NCBI GenBank assembly: GCA_964344705.1
Contig: CAYFOG010000001.1
Coordinates: 48,984 to 112,983, forward strand
Direction of reading: 5' to 3'
DNA: 64,000 nt
Source: Candidatus Woesearchaeota archaeon
Lineage (GTDB): Archaea; Nanobdellota; Nanobdellia; UBA10117; ARS21
The notes below the pieces were generated by a model. That model did not search any database, was not told the DNA's origin, and saw only the letters and a list, made by a program, of their open reading frames with translations. Every line of letters begins with the position of its first letter. Positions within the stretch are counted from its first letter, which is position 1. The position numbers and the translations under genes are program-made. Below, piece after piece: positions 1 to 9,792 of the stretch.

Positions 1-716
1 ACTTTCACATAGTCACCTTTTGGATCTGCTGCAATTGCTACGTTTGAAGGAAGAGTCCAAGGCGTTGTGGTGAATACCAACAGTGATGCGTCATCATTCT
101 TTAAGTTAAACTTTACATAAACTCCAGGATCAGTTTTTTCAGTTTGTTCAATTTCTGCTCCAGCTAAAGAGGTTTCACAATGAGGGCACCAATGGATTGG
201 CTTCTTTCCTTTGTAAACTTGATTTTTGTCAAACATTTGTTTGAACATCCACCAAGCAGATTCCAAGTAAGGATTTTTGTAAGTCAAATAAGGGTCGTCA
301 TCCCAACCTATCCAAGCACCATACTTGTTATAAGTGTCCATCCAAACATCTACGTTTTGATCTGCTAACTTTTTACACTCTCGAGTGAATTTGCTTATAC
401 CATATTTCAGAATGTCACCCTTTCTCTTGAATCCAAGCTTTCGCTCAACCATATTTTCAATTGGCAAACCGTGAGTGTCGAATCCTGCGGTGAACAAAAC
501 CGAACGACCAGTCATCCAAGCATATCGAGTTGACAAGTCTTTGTAGTAAATATTTCTTAAGTGTCCTACATGAGGATCGTTGTTCGCGTATGGCGGTCCT
601 TCGAGCAAGAAATATGGTTTTCCATCTTTGTTTTTCTTTTGTAAAAGTTTTAGGAGATTTATCTTTCTCCACTGTTTATTCATTTCACTTTCTATTTTTT
701 GAAAGTCATATTTCAT
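1..716 (-). CDS. ileS: Isoleucyl-tRNA synthetase, N-terminal part (gene continues beyond window start)
   Basis: Own reverse-strand translation from ATG at 716 has no stop to the window edge. Motifs: GPPYANNDPHVGH (class I HIGH), GFDTHGLPIE, HWCPHCETSLA, TTTPWTLPSNVAIA (IleRS-type). Not in the ORF track because it runs off the edge. Confidence 0.8.
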   Translation of the reverse strand, partial: MKYDFQKIESEMNKQWRKINLLKLLQKKNKDGKPYFLLEGPPYANNDPHVGHLRNIYYKDLSTRYAWMTGRSVLFTAGFDTHGLPIENMVERKLGFKRKGDILKYGISKFTRECKKLADQNVDVWMDTYNKYGAWIGWDDDPYLTYKNPYLESAWWMFKQMFDKNQVYKGKKPIHWCPHCETSLAGAEIEQTEKTDPGVYVKFNLKNDDASLLVFTTTPWTLPSNVAIAADPKGDYVK

Positions 717-884
717 AATGATTTATTCTCCTGAAAATTTATATATGTGCCGTTAGTGGTATCGTTCTTAGAATTGACAAATGGGATAACCACTTCGCAT
801 AGAAGGAGTTAGACTACAGATTTAAAAGAGTTTTGAGCTTGCGGATTGTACAAATATTTAAAAGTCTGGTTGGAACGATTCTTT

Positions 885-1871
885 ATGACTGAGGTTAAAT
901 TCGAAGTCTGGACTGAAAAGTATCGTCCAACAACTTTATCGGAAGTTCGCGGTCAAGATGAAATCATAGATAGATTGAAAGCTTTTGTTTCTAGCAAGAG
1001 TATGCCTCATTTACTTTTTGCAGGAATGCAAGGAACTGGAAAAACGACTTCGTTTCTTGCTTTGGCCAAGGACTTATATGGTGATGAATGGAAAGACAAT
1101 GTTCTTGAGTTGAATGCGTCAGATGACAGAGGTATTAATATTGTTAGAACTTCGATTAAAGATTTTGCACGTACAAAAACAGTATCTGAAAATGTTCCAT
1201 TCAAATTAATCTTTTTAGATGAAGCAGATGCGCTGACTAAAGACGCTCAACATGCACTTCGTCGAACAATGGAAGACTATACTTCAAATGTTCGATTTTG
1301 TTTGAGTTGTAATTATTCTTCTAAAGTTATTCCACCAATTCAGAGCCGATGTGCAATTTTTAGATTCCAACCTCTCAAACGCGAAGTTATTATTCAACTT
1401 TTGAAAGACATTGCAATTCGAGAGAAACTAATAATTCATGAAGATTCGTCTAACTATATTTATGATGCTTCTGAAGGAGATTGTCGTAAAGCAGAAAATA
1501 TATTACAAGCATGTTCCGCAATCGCAGAAAATGTTACTCTTGATGTTGTTAGAGAAGTAGTTTCATTTGCTGAACCGACAGAATTGTATGAAATAATTCA
1601 GCTTGCTTTATCAGGCAAATTCAAAACAGCCAAAGACAAGATGGCGGACGTGTTGGTTAAGTATGGTTTGTCTGGGATGGATGCAATTAGACAAATCCAG
1701 AAACAGATTTGGAATTCTCCCGATTTTGATGATAAGCTAAAAGTTCGTCTGATTAAATTCTGCGGAGAATACGAATTCAGATTAACTGAGGGCGCAAATG
1801 AGTTTGTTCAACTTAATGCATTCTTAGCAGAAGTTGTTTTGATTGGAAACGAAGTGTCTCCTACAAAATAG
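885..1871 (+). CDS. rfcS: Replication factor C small subunit
   Basis: Motifs WTEKYRP, Walker A GMQGTGKTT, DEAD-like LIFLDEADAL, SRC motif SRCAIFRF. The track ORF begins at a TTG at 846; the internal ATG at 885 is preferred. Confidence 0.85.
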   Translation: MTEVKFEVWTEKYRPTTLSEVRGQDEIIDRLKAFVSSKSMPHLLFAGMQGTGKTTSFLALAKDLYGDEWKDNVLELNASDDRGINIVRTSIKDFARTKTVSENVPFKLIFLDEADALTKDAQHALRRTMEDYTSNVRFCLSCNYSSKVIPPIQSRCAIFRFQPLKREVIIQLLKDIAIREKLIIHEDSSNYIYDASEGDCRKAENILQACSAIAENVTLDVVREVVSFAEPTELYEIIQLALSGKFKTAKDKMADVLVKYGLSGMDAIRQIQKQIWNSPDFDDKLKVRLIKFCGEYEFRLTEGANEFVQLNAFLAEVVLIGNEVSPTK

Positions 1872-1934
1872 ATTTCCTGAAATACACTTTAAATTGACAT
1901 AATGTTTTTAATGAATCTTGATTTATTTCTGATT

Positions 1935-2363
1935 ATGCCTGCGCGAGTTAATGATGAGGTAAAATTACATTTTACTGGATTTTTGGAGAATGGTGAAATG
2001 TTTGACACTTCAGAAGGTAAGGATCCATTAAAACTTAAAATTGGTTCTGAAGAAATTATTCCAGGATTTAACAAAGGTCTTGAAGGAATGGAGGTTGGCG
2101 AAGAAAGGCAAATTCAAATTCCACCTGCTTTAGCTTATGGAAATTATCATGATGACTTAATCTGGGAAGTTTCTCGAGATAGTTTGGAAGGTGTAGCAAA
2201 ATCAGGAGATATTGTAACTGGAACTGTCGATGGAGAAGAACTAACTGGAAAAATTATTGAAATTGGAGAAGAAGACGTATTGGTGGACTTCAATCATCCT
2301 TTAGCTGGCCAGACTTTAACTTTTGATGTAAAGCTGTTAGAAATCTCTGGGCAGAATTCTTAA
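1935..2363 (+). CDS. FKBP-type peptidyl-prolyl cis-trans isomerase, short SlyD-like form
   Basis: FKBP fold motifs (FTGFLENGEMFDTSEG, GMEVGEERQIQIPPALAYG, VDFNHPLAGQTL). A box-A-like CTTTAAAT at about 1886 favours the ATG at 1935 over 1902. Confidence 0.75.
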   Translation: MPARVNDEVKLHFTGFLENGEMFDTSEGKDPLKLKIGSEEIIPGFNKGLEGMEVGEERQIQIPPALAYGNYHDDLIWEVSRDSLEGVAKSGDIVTGTVDGEELTGKIIEIGEEDVLVDFNHPLAGQTLTFDVKLLEISGQNS

Positions 2364-2418
2364 TGGACATTGGACAAGTCAGTGCGCGATTTATAATTGT
2401 CTTTATTTTTCTATAATT

Positions 2419-2607
2419 ATGAAAATGATAAAATCTTTTGCAGGAAACTTCCTTAATTCAGGAAGAGGATATGTAGACCTTAGAGAAGTAAAGCAAACCT
2501 TTTTGCCTCGGAAAGCAAATGCTGTTTACAACCTTGAACCTCACCAAATGAATGTTCAAGAAGTTGAAAAAATATTTGGAGAAGTTTTGCGGAGGTTGAG
2601 CTACTGA
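2419..2607 (+). CDS. Hypothetical small protein (62 aa)
   Basis: ORF only; its stop overlaps the next start (TGATG); no recognisable motif. Confidence 0.2.
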   Translation: MKMIKSFAGNFLNSGRGYVDLREVKQTFLPRKANAVYNLEPHQMNVQEVEKIFGEVLRRLSY

Positions 2608-2789
2608 TGGTAACTGTCAATCAAATTCTTAGCTTTGCTAGCGTGAATCGTGATGCTTTTTCAGAAGTAGTTAAGCTTGCCAGTACTGAAGATGACGATG
2701 CATTAATTCAGATTCTTGAGGAGAAAACCCAAGAAATTGGTATGCTTAGACGACAATTGAAAATGCTCAAGGAGAAATTGAATAGTTGA
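2607..2789 (+). CDS. Hypothetical small protein (60 aa), acidic N-half and coiled-coil C-half
   Basis: ORF translationally coupled to the preceding small ORF; no recognisable family. Confidence 0.2.
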   Translation: MVTVNQILSFASVNRDAFSEVVKLASTEDDDALIQILEEKTQEIGMLRRQLKMLKEKLNS

Positions 2790-2834
2790 TTTCTCCATCT
2801 ATATTTATTTAAACTTTGGTAGGTGATTTTTTCC

Positions 2835-3995
2835 ATGCTCATCAAGAAACACGTTCCAAAGAAATTGTCAGAAATTATTGGACAGTATAAAGGAATTGTA
2901 AAGTTTTCCAGATTTGTCAAAGGGCAAAAAAAGAAAGCAGTAATTATCTACGGTGAACCGGGAATTGGAAAGACTTTGGCTGCCAGAGTTTTTGCAGCTG
3001 AACAAGGATTTGAGTTACTTGAGATTCCGCCGTCAGGTACGCGAAACAAACAGGAAATTATTTCTAAGATTGGTGTTGCATCTCAGCAAGCATCTTTGTT
3101 TGGTGGAAACAAAATAATTTTGATAGATGAATTGGAATCATTTGGAGCAGGGCGTCGTGGAGCAATTAGCGCATTGATTGAGGTTATTAAGAAAACAAAA
3201 TATCCAATTGTATTCACTTCAAATGATCCGTGGAATTCTCGATTTAAGACTTTGCGGAAATATTGCGAAATGATTGAATTTGATAAAGTTGATTGGAAAG
3301 ATATTGAACAATATCTTGCGAAAATATGCCAGTCGGAGAAGATTGATGTTGAACCCGTTGTATTGAAGAAGATTGCTGCAAGATCACAAGGTGATGTTCG
3401 TTCAGCAGTTATGGATTTAGATGTTCTCACTAAGAATAAAACTGAAATCAAAAACACAGACTTGTTTGATTTATTTCGTGAACGAGAAGAGAATATTTTC
3501 TATGCAGTTAAGATGGTTCTGAAATCTTTTGATGGTCCGGTCGCACTGGATGCGTTCAATAATGTTAAGATTGATTCGTCTGAATTTTTGATGTGGCTAG
3601 ATCAAAATATGTATCATGAGTATTTGGACCCGATTTCTTTGAAATACGGTTATGATAATGTTTCTCTAAGTGACAAGTTTAATTGCCGAGTTTCTGAAAC
3701 TCAGAATTGGGAACTTGCTTATTATCCAAGTTTTTTCAGTTCAGTTGGAGTTCAGCAAGCAAAAACAAAAGTTACACAAAATCTTTCTAGATATACCCGT
3801 CCAGAGATTTTAATGAAAATATTTACTCTTGCTGCAAAGCGTAGAAAGGCGCGAGGAATTTCTCAACAAATTTCTGGAAAATTGCATGCGTCTGGAAGTG
3901 CTCTGATGAGAGACTTTTATCCGTATTTTAATTTCATTCTTGAGAAAAATCCTGAAATGGGCAAAAAGCTGACTGCTTATTTGGAATCAGAATAA
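2835..3995 (+). CDS. rfcL: Replication factor C large subunit
   Basis: N-terminus KKHVPKKLSEIIGQ, Walker A GEPGIGKT, AAA+ box LIDELE, sensor motifs. The track start is a GTG at 2823; the ATG at 2835 is preceded by the SD-like GGTAGGTGA. Confidence 0.8.
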   Translation: MLIKKHVPKKLSEIIGQYKGIVKFSRFVKGQKKKAVIIYGEPGIGKTLAARVFAAEQGFELLEIPPSGTRNKQEIISKIGVASQQASLFGGNKIILIDELESFGAGRRGAISALIEVIKKTKYPIVFTSNDPWNSRFKTLRKYCEMIEFDKVDWKDIEQYLAKICQSEKIDVEPVVLKKIAARSQGDVRSAVMDLDVLTKNKTEIKNTDLFDLFREREENIFYAVKMVLKSFDGPVALDAFNNVKIDSSEFLMWLDQNMYHEYLDPISLKYGYDNVSLSDKFNCRVSETQNWELAYYPSFFSSVGVQQAKTKVTQNLSRYTRPEILMKIFTLAAKRRKARGISQQISGKLHASGSALMRDFYPYFNFILEKNPEMGKKLTAYLESE

Positions 3996-4001
3996 TAACA
4001 C

Positions 4002-4009
4002 TTTTAAAC
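4002..4009 (+). promoter_or_regulatory. Archaeal box A/TATA-like element (TTTTAAAC) about 22-28 nt upstream of the SRP RNA 5' end
   Basis: The same TTTTAAAC motif recurs upstream of tRNA-His at 47181. Confidence 0.35.
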
Positions 4010-4029
4010 GAGAAATATCCGAATCTAAT

Positions 4030-4290
4030 GGGCTAGACAGGTCGGGTAAGCGCGGCTGTTATCTTGTATGCTGAGATGTCGAAGCTCAAAGGGCGGCATG
4101 GATTGTATGCTTAGTCCCTGGCGTGTGACGTCGAAGCGTTGCCTCCTCTGGCGATTAAAGATGAGAACCTGGTCAGGCGGGGAACCGAGCAGCCATAATT
4201 ATGTTTATTTGTGCTTTGGAGTAGCGGCGTGGAGTTGTTCGTCAGTAAGGCTTTGTATTTTTGAAATGTCCACCTTTGAGCGTGCCCTTT
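4030..4290 (+). ncRNA. ffs: Signal recognition particle RNA (7S/SRP RNA)
   Basis: GC-rich island in an AT-rich genome with no ORF. The 5' end GGGCUAGACAGGUCGGG resembles an archaeal SRP RNA 5' end. The helix 8 motif GGUCAGG-CGG GGAA CCG-AGCAGCC (GNRA tetraloop flanked by conserved internal-loop nucleotides) lies at about 4170-4196. A 3'-proximal GCCC can pair with the 5' GGGC, followed by a U-rich tract. Ends are approximate. Confidence 0.8.
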
Positions 4291-4385
4291 ATATTCTGAA
4301 CTAAGATAAATATTATAATACTGTGATGCGTTTTTAAAATATGAGTTACAAAATTGGAAGCGGATCAATTTTTCCATATATTCAA

Positions 4386-4673
4386 ATGAACAATTATACT
4401 GTTCATATCATGACAAATCTTGATTTGGAACAGAACAAAGAGATGGATATTCATATTGTTTCAGGAAATACTACTTCATTTATTCGGCAAAATGTTCCTC
4501 AAAAAGATTTAGTGGATTTAATTCGGAATGGAGAGATTTATGGCCTATTGAGCAATGCAAAATTAGCAACGATTATAGAAGAGAACCAAAACAAACTTTT
4601 ACACTTCGTGGAAAACCATGATGATTATATGCGAGGACCGCCTTATCCAGACTATGAAAGTATCGAAGAATGA
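4386..4673 (+). CDS. Hypothetical protein
   Basis: ORF 4341-4673. Box A TTTTTAAAAT abuts the first ATG, so the start is placed at the internal ATG 4386. No family recognised. Confidence 0.3.
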   Translation: MNNYTVHIMTNLDLEQNKEMDIHIVSGNTTSFIRQNVPQKDLVDLIRNGEIYGLLSNAKLATIIEENQNKLLHFVENHDDYMRGPPYPDYESIEE

Positions 4674-4819
4674 CTTGGTAAACTTTGGAAACTCGAAGTA
4701 TTTGATTTATGTTTCTATAATTATTGCAATTATTTGGGTACTATTTTTTTAGAAGTGCCAAGGATGAAGATTCTCGCCTTTGGTTAAAGCGAGTCCAAAA
4801 CCATAGATTAAAAATTGAA

Positions 4820-4902
4820 CGCCAAGGACGGGATTTGAACCCGCGACCCCCGAAGGGACAGGATTAGCAATCCTGCGCAATACCAGGCTATGCGACCTTG
4901 GC
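4820..4902 (-). tRNA. tRNA-Ser (anticodon GCU)
   Basis: Cloverleaf built by hand on the reverse strand: acceptor GCCAAGG/CCTTGGC, anticodon loop TTGCTAA, long variable arm GTCCCTTCGGGGGTC, T-loop TTCAAAT, discriminator G. No encoded CCA. A T-run follows as terminator. Confidence 0.85.
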
Positions 4903-4964
4903 AAATATGAACCTTCTCTCCTCGGGGTTTATGAGGGTTGCCGAAGCAACTGAGAGAAGGCAAA
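4903..4964 (-). other. Structured inter-tRNA spacer: 9-bp closing helix (CCUUCUCUC/GAGAGAAGG) enclosing a UUCG-tetraloop hairpin (GUUGC-UUCG-GCAAC) and a second 4-bp hairpin
   Basis: Seen directly in the sequence between tRNA-Phe and tRNA-Ser, on the strand they are transcribed from. Confidence 0.5.
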
Positions 4965-5038
4965 TGGGACTGGCAGGATTTGAACCAGCGACCTTCCGAT
5001 CTTCAGTCGGGCGCTCTCCCAGGCTGAGCTACAGTCCC
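4965..5038 (-). tRNA. tRNA-Phe (anticodon GAA)
   Basis: Reverse-strand cloverleaf: acceptor GGGACTG/CAGTCCC, D-arm GCTC-AGCCTGGGA-GAGC, anticodon loop CTGAAGA, T-loop TTCAAAT, discriminator A. One U-U mismatch in the T-stem. Confidence 0.85.
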
Positions 5039-5060
5039 ATTGAAATCTCGGTTTGAGAGA

Positions 5061-5068
5061 TTTATAAG
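5061..5068 (-). promoter_or_regulatory. TATA/box A-like element (reverse strand CTTATAAA) about 23-30 nt upstream of tRNA-Phe; probable promoter of a Phe-Ser dicistronic tRNA unit
   Basis: Position and AT-box composition. Confidence 0.3.
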
Positions 5069-5116
5069 TGTTTTTGTTAAGGTAATTTATTTATACGGCT
5101 GAGACATTAAGATTAT

Positions 5117-7807
5117 ATGGCGAGCAAGCCGTGGCATACCAATTCAGCTGAGAATATTTACTCAGAGCTGAAGTCTTCCAAAGAAGGTCTAACTTCTGCT
5201 GATGCACAAGTGCGATTGAAGAATTATGGTCCAAATAAACTCATAAAAAGGAAAGATTACACCGTTCTTAAAATTTTGATTGGACAATTCAAGTCTTTTT
5301 TGGTCGGTTTGTTGATTGTGGCAATGTTTGTTTCTTATTTTATTGGAGAACATATTGATGCATATGTTATTGGAACGATTATAGTGCTGAACGCATTGCT
5401 TGGATTTATTCAAGAATATCGAGCAGACAAAGCTGTTGAATCTTTGAAAAAATTGTCGGCCCCAAAGGCTCACGTTATGCGGGACGGTAGAGTTCAAGAG
5501 ATTGATGCTACTCAACTTGTTCCAGGAGATGTTTTAGTTCTTGCAGAAGGAGACAGAATTCCGGCCGATGCGAGATTAATTGAAGCTTTGAGCCTCGAAG
5601 TCAATGAATCCGCACTAACTGGAGAATCAAATCCTGTTGCTAAACAAATTGAAGTTTTAACTGATACAAATCTGACTATTGCAGATAAGAAGAATATGGT
5701 TTTCATGAACACAGTCATTACTCGTGGTCGAGGGACAGCAGTTATTGTTGACACTGGCATGGCTACAGAGATTGGTTTAATTGCTAAAAGTATTTCTGAA
5801 CAAAAATCCCCAGAAACTCCACTCCAAAGAAAGTTGGGAGTGGTTGCAAAGAATCTCGGAATGGGTGCGCTGATTGTTTCAGCTGCAGTTTTTGGTCTTG
5901 GAATTTTCAGAGGTGAACAAGTAGTTGAAATGTTCACTGCTGCAGTTTCTTTGGCAGTAGCAGCAGTTCCTGAAGGATTGCCCGCAGTGGTAACTATAAC
6001 TTTGGCATTGGGATTGAAGAGAATGGCTACTGCTAATGCGCTAATTCGAAAACTTCCAGTGGTTGAAACGCTAGGCAGTGCAACCATTATTTGTTCGGAT
6101 AAAACTGGAACTTTAACTAAAAATGAGATGACTGTTGAACAAATCTACACATCTGGGAATTTGATTAAAGTCTCAGGTCGAGGATACACTCCCGAAGGTG
6201 ATTTCTCATTGGGCGCGAAGAAAATTAATACTTCTAATTCTAAGAGTTTGGCTTTGGCGCTTCGTTCCGGAACTTTGTGTACAACTGCAAATTTGTATAA
6301 GGATGAGTCTAAGGGCTGGTATATCAATGGAGATCCAACTGAAGGTGCATTAGTTGTTTCTGCAAGAAAAGCAGGACTCGATAAGGAGTTATTGAAAACA
6401 GAACACAAATTTATGTCAGAATTACCTTTTGATTCTAATCGCAAAATGATGTCAGTAATTTACGAATTGCACAACAAACGTATTGCGTATATCAAGGGCG
6501 CGCCAGAAATTTTCTTAGAGAAAGTAAGTCATGTTTATACAGATAAAGGTCTTAAAAAATTAACAAAAGCTGAAAAAGAAAAAATCCACAAAATTTTGGA
6601 AGATATGTCAAACGGCGCGTTGAGAGTTTTGGCAATGGGTTACAAATATTTACCTGACAAAGAGAAATATACTCCTAAGGAAGTTGAAACTCAAATTGTT
6701 TTTGTTGGGCTACAGGCAATGATTGATCCTGCGCGTCCGGAAGCCAAACCCGCAATTTCCAAATGTACGACTGCTGGAATTCAAACAGTTATGATTACTG
6801 GAGATCACGCCAGCACTGCATCAGCAATCGCACGCGAGCTTGGAATATTATCTGAAAGAGGAAAAGTCGTTGTTGGAAAGGATTTGGAAAAGATGTCTGA
6901 TGAAGAACTTGAGAAAATCGTTGATACAGTTCAAGTATTTGCAAGAGTTTCACCTCAACACAAACTACGAATCGTTTATGCTCTGAAGAAGAAAGGACAT
7001 ATTGTTGCAATGACTGGAGACGGAGTTAATGATGCTCCGGCTTTGAAAGCTGCAGATATTGGTGTTGCGATGGGAATTAATGGAACAGATGTCGCGAAAG
7101 ATTCTGCAGATATGGTTCTAGCAGATGACAATTTCGCGTCCATTGTTTCAGCAGTAGAAGAAGGTAGAGGAATCTTTGATAATATTAAGCATTTTATCCG
7201 CTATTTACTTTCAAGCAATGTTGGTGAAGTCATGGCTATTTTTGTAGCTATGTTAATTGGTCTACCACTACCATTAATTGCAGTTCAAATTCTTTTGATG
7301 AATTTACTAACTGATGGATTACCAGCACTTGCGCTGGGTGTTGATCCGCCCGTTTCAGGAATCATGAATCGTCCGCCACGCAATCCTAAAGAGGGCGCAA
7401 TTTCAAAAGAAACTTGGATGTTTTCTATACTGGTAGGACTAACAATGATGATCGGAACGGTTGGAGTATTTTGGCTAAATCTTGGCGGAAGCTTAGAACA
7501 TGCACGAACTTTAGCATTTACCACTTTGGTGATGTTCCAAATGTTTAACATATTCAATTCCCGCGCGGAGCGTTCAATCTTTAAAGATACTCATACATTT
7601 TTCAACAACAAATCCTTGCTATTGGCAATACTTGGTTCAATTTCATTACAAGTTTTGATTGTTCATTGGTCAGTTCTTCAGACCTACTTTGAAACGGTGG
7701 GCTTGTCTGTATCAGATTGGATAACTGCAGTATTAATTGGGGCTTCTGTAATATTAGTTGTTGAAGTGAAAAAACTGTTCGTTGTTCAAAAGAGTTTTAA
7801 AGCTTAG
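5117..7807 (+). CDS. Cation-transporting P-type ATPase (type II, SERCA/PMCA-like, probably Ca2+)
   Basis: Phosphorylation motif CSDKTGTLT, TGES, hinge MTGDGVNDAPAL, 896 aa with N- and C-terminal TM bundles. Confidence 0.85.
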   Translation: MASKPWHTNSAENIYSELKSSKEGLTSADAQVRLKNYGPNKLIKRKDYTVLKILIGQFKSFLVGLLIVAMFVSYFIGEHIDAYVIGTIIVLNALLGFIQEYRADKAVESLKKLSAPKAHVMRDGRVQEIDATQLVPGDVLVLAEGDRIPADARLIEALSLEVNESALTGESNPVAKQIEVLTDTNLTIADKKNMVFMNTVITRGRGTAVIVDTGMATEIGLIAKSISEQKSPETPLQRKLGVVAKNLGMGALIVSAAVFGLGIFRGEQVVEMFTAAVSLAVAAVPEGLPAVVTITLALGLKRMATANALIRKLPVVETLGSATIICSDKTGTLTKNEMTVEQIYTSGNLIKVSGRGYTPEGDFSLGAKKINTSNSKSLALALRSGTLCTTANLYKDESKGWYINGDPTEGALVVSARKAGLDKELLKTEHKFMSELPFDSNRKMMSVIYELHNKRIAYIKGAPEIFLEKVSHVYTDKGLKKLTKAEKEKIHKILEDMSNGALRVLAMGYKYLPDKEKYTPKEVETQIVFVGLQAMIDPARPEAKPAISKCTTAGIQTVMITGDHASTASAIARELGILSERGKVVVGKDLEKMSDEELEKIVDTVQVFARVSPQHKLRIVYALKKKGHIVAMTGDGVNDAPALKAADIGVAMGINGTDVAKDSADMVLADDNFASIVSAVEEGRGIFDNIKHFIRYLLSSNVGEVMAIFVAMLIGLPLPLIAVQILLMNLLTDGLPALALGVDPPVSGIMNRPPRNPKEGAISKETWMFSILVGLTMMIGTVGVFWLNLGGSLEHARTLAFTTLVMFQMFNIFNSRAERSIFKDTHTFFNNKSLLLAILGSISLQVLIVHWSVLQTYFETVGLSVSDWITAVLIGASVILVVEVKKLFVVQKSFKA

Positions 7808-7822
7808 TCAGGACTTGGGTTC

Positions 7823-8476
7823 ATGGTTAAAATCAAAAAGGGCGACTTGATTGAATTGGATTTTATAGGAAGATTCAAAGAAACTGGCGAAGTATTTGAC
7901 TTGACTATTGAAGAAGTTGCTAAGAAAGAAAAGCTAAGAAGTCCAGAAAATTTCAAGTTTGGTCCAATGAAAGCGTTTATTGGTTCAGGACAGTTGCTAA
8001 AAGGAATTGACAACAAATTAATTGGATCTGAAGTTGGCTCTGAACAAGAGTTTGATCTGAAAGCTGAGGAAGCGTTTGGGAAACGAAGTCCAAAATTAAT
8101 ACAACTTGTTTCGATTAATAAGCTGAAGAAGCATAATTTGAATCCAGTTGTAGGAATGCAATTAAATGTTGATGGTAGAGTGGCGATAGTACGATCTGTT
8201 ACAGGTGGAAGAGTTATTCTTGACTTTAATCATCCTTTTTCTGGAAAAGAGGTTCATTATTGGATAAAGCCAGTCAAAGTCATTAAAGATATTAAAGAGA
8301 AAGTTGGCCGAGCAATGGAGTTAGTTGGCTTCAAAGCAGACAATGTGAAAGTAGATAAAGGGAAAGTCACGCTTAAACTTGCTAATAAGGACAAGCTAGG
8401 TGATGAATTCTTTAAAGTGATTGAGAAGCAGATTAAATTTATGGTGCCTGAGGTCAAATCTGTTACTGTCGCGTAG
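7823..8476 (+). CDS. FKBP-type peptidyl-prolyl isomerase, long archaeal form with IF and C-terminal domains
   Basis: KGDLIELDFIGRF, FGPMKAFIGSGQLLKGID, ILDFNHPFSGKEVHY; 217 aa. Confidence 0.75.
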   Translation: MVKIKKGDLIELDFIGRFKETGEVFDLTIEEVAKKEKLRSPENFKFGPMKAFIGSGQLLKGIDNKLIGSEVGSEQEFDLKAEEAFGKRSPKLIQLVSINKLKKHNLNPVVGMQLNVDGRVAIVRSVTGGRVILDFNHPFSGKEVHYWIKPVKVIKDIKEKVGRAMELVGFKADNVKVDKGKVTLKLANKDKLGDEFFKVIEKQIKFMVPEVKSVTVA

Positions 8477-8535
8477 TGTTCTTTTAATCGTAATAATGCT
8501 TATAAAAATCTGAGTGATACCTAAGACAAGCTAGA

Positions 8536-9792
8536 ATGGACCCTTATGATGATTATTCAGATAATGTCGATTATAATACTAGCTCAGATACTAATACAGA
8601 TACGAATTATGGCTCGGACGATGGCTATGATTCTTTTGGAACCGATACTTCAAGCACGGACAGTTTTTTGAATGAGCCGGCAGCACCAGCTCAAGATAGT
8701 TTCAGCAGCACAGGATTTGATGCTCCAGCAGATGTTTCAAGCCTGAGCAAAGATGATGAAGAACTTGAAAAAGTTCTTGCAAATCGTAAGGCTCGAATTA
8801 AAGTAGTTGGTTGCGGAGGTGCGGGAAACAACACAATTTCTCGGATTTCTGAAATCGGAGTTACGGGTGCAGAAATTATTGCAATTAACACAGATGCACA
8901 GGATTTACTGAACGCAACGGCAGATAGAAAGTTATTGATTGGAAAAGATTTAACTCAAGGTCTTGGAGCGGGATCCGATCCTAGAATTGGAAAAGATGCT
9001 GCCAAGGAATCTCAGAAAGAAATTAAGGAATCGTTGTCCGATGCGCATATGATATTTATTACTGGTGGACTTGGGGGAGGAACAGGAACTGGATGTATGC
9101 CTGAAGTTGCAAGCATTGCAAAGAAGCTGGGCGTGTTGACTGTTGCTGTTGTCACCCTACCTTTTGAAATGGAAGGAGTTCTTCGACATGAAAATGCGAT
9201 GGTTGGTCTTGAAGAACTTGAAGGTTTGGTAGATACTTTGATTTTGATTCCAAATGACAAGCTGATTGAGCTTGCTCCAGACTTACCGCTTCATACTGCG
9301 TTCAAAGTTGCAGATGAAATTTTAACTAACGCAGTTAAAGGTATTGCGGAATTAATTACGAAACCAGGCTTAATCAATTTAGATTTTGCAGATATTAAGG
9401 CGGTTATGAGTTCGGGAGGAATTGCTATGATTGGACTTGGAGAAAGCGATACTGAAAATAGAGCGATTGAATCTGTTGAGAAAGCACTGAGCAATCCTTT
9501 GCTAGATGTTGAAGTTGGAGGAGCAACCGGTGCTTTGATTAATGTTATTGGTGGTCCAGATATGACTTTAGAAGAAGCCAAGAAAGTTGTTGAGAATGTT
9601 ACTGAACGACTTGACGAGAACGCAAAGATTATTTGGGGTGCACAGCTGAGTCCAGAATTGCAAAGTTCTGTTCGAACGATGCTTGTAGTTGTTGGAGTTA
9701 AATCTCCACAAATTTTTGGTCCAAAGAGAACCATGTCTAAGAAGAAGCAAGAAGACATGGAAGGTAATTTCGGAATTAAATTTATTGACTGA
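8536..9792 (+). CDS. ftsZ: Cell division GTPase FtsZ with an ~85-aa acidic, S/T/D/Y-rich N-terminal extension
   Basis: Tubulin signature [22 protein letters not shown]7 loop region; the low-complexity extension precedes the core. Confidence 0.9.
   Translation: MDPYDDYSDNVDYNTSSDTNTDTNYGSDDGYDSFGTDTSSTDSFLNEPAAPAQDSFSSTGFDAPADVSSLSKDDEELEKVLANRKARIKVVGCGGAGNNTISRISEIGVTGAEIIAINTDAQDLLNATADRKLLIGKDLTQGLGAGSDPRIGKDAAKESQKEIKESLSDAHMIFITGGLGGGTGTGCMPEVASIAKKLGVLTVAVVTLPFEMEGVLRHENAMVGLEELEGLVDTLILIPNDKLIELAPDLPLHTAFKVADEILTNAVKGIAELITKPGLINLDFADIKAVMSSGGIAMIGLGESDTENRAIESVEKALSNPLLDVEVGGATGALINVIGGPDMTLEEAKKVVENVTERLDENAKIIWGAQLSPELQSSVRTMLVVVGVKSPQIFGPKRTMSKKKQEDMEGNFGIKFID

Noticed and set aside
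5512-6087. 191-aa reverse-strand ORF inside the P-type ATPase gene (plus other antisense ORFs at 5189-5515, 6145-6444 and 7285-7557).
   Set aside because: They sit entirely within a strongly supported + strand gene. The composition is low-complexity (A/T/S/P-rich), typical of a shadow frame.
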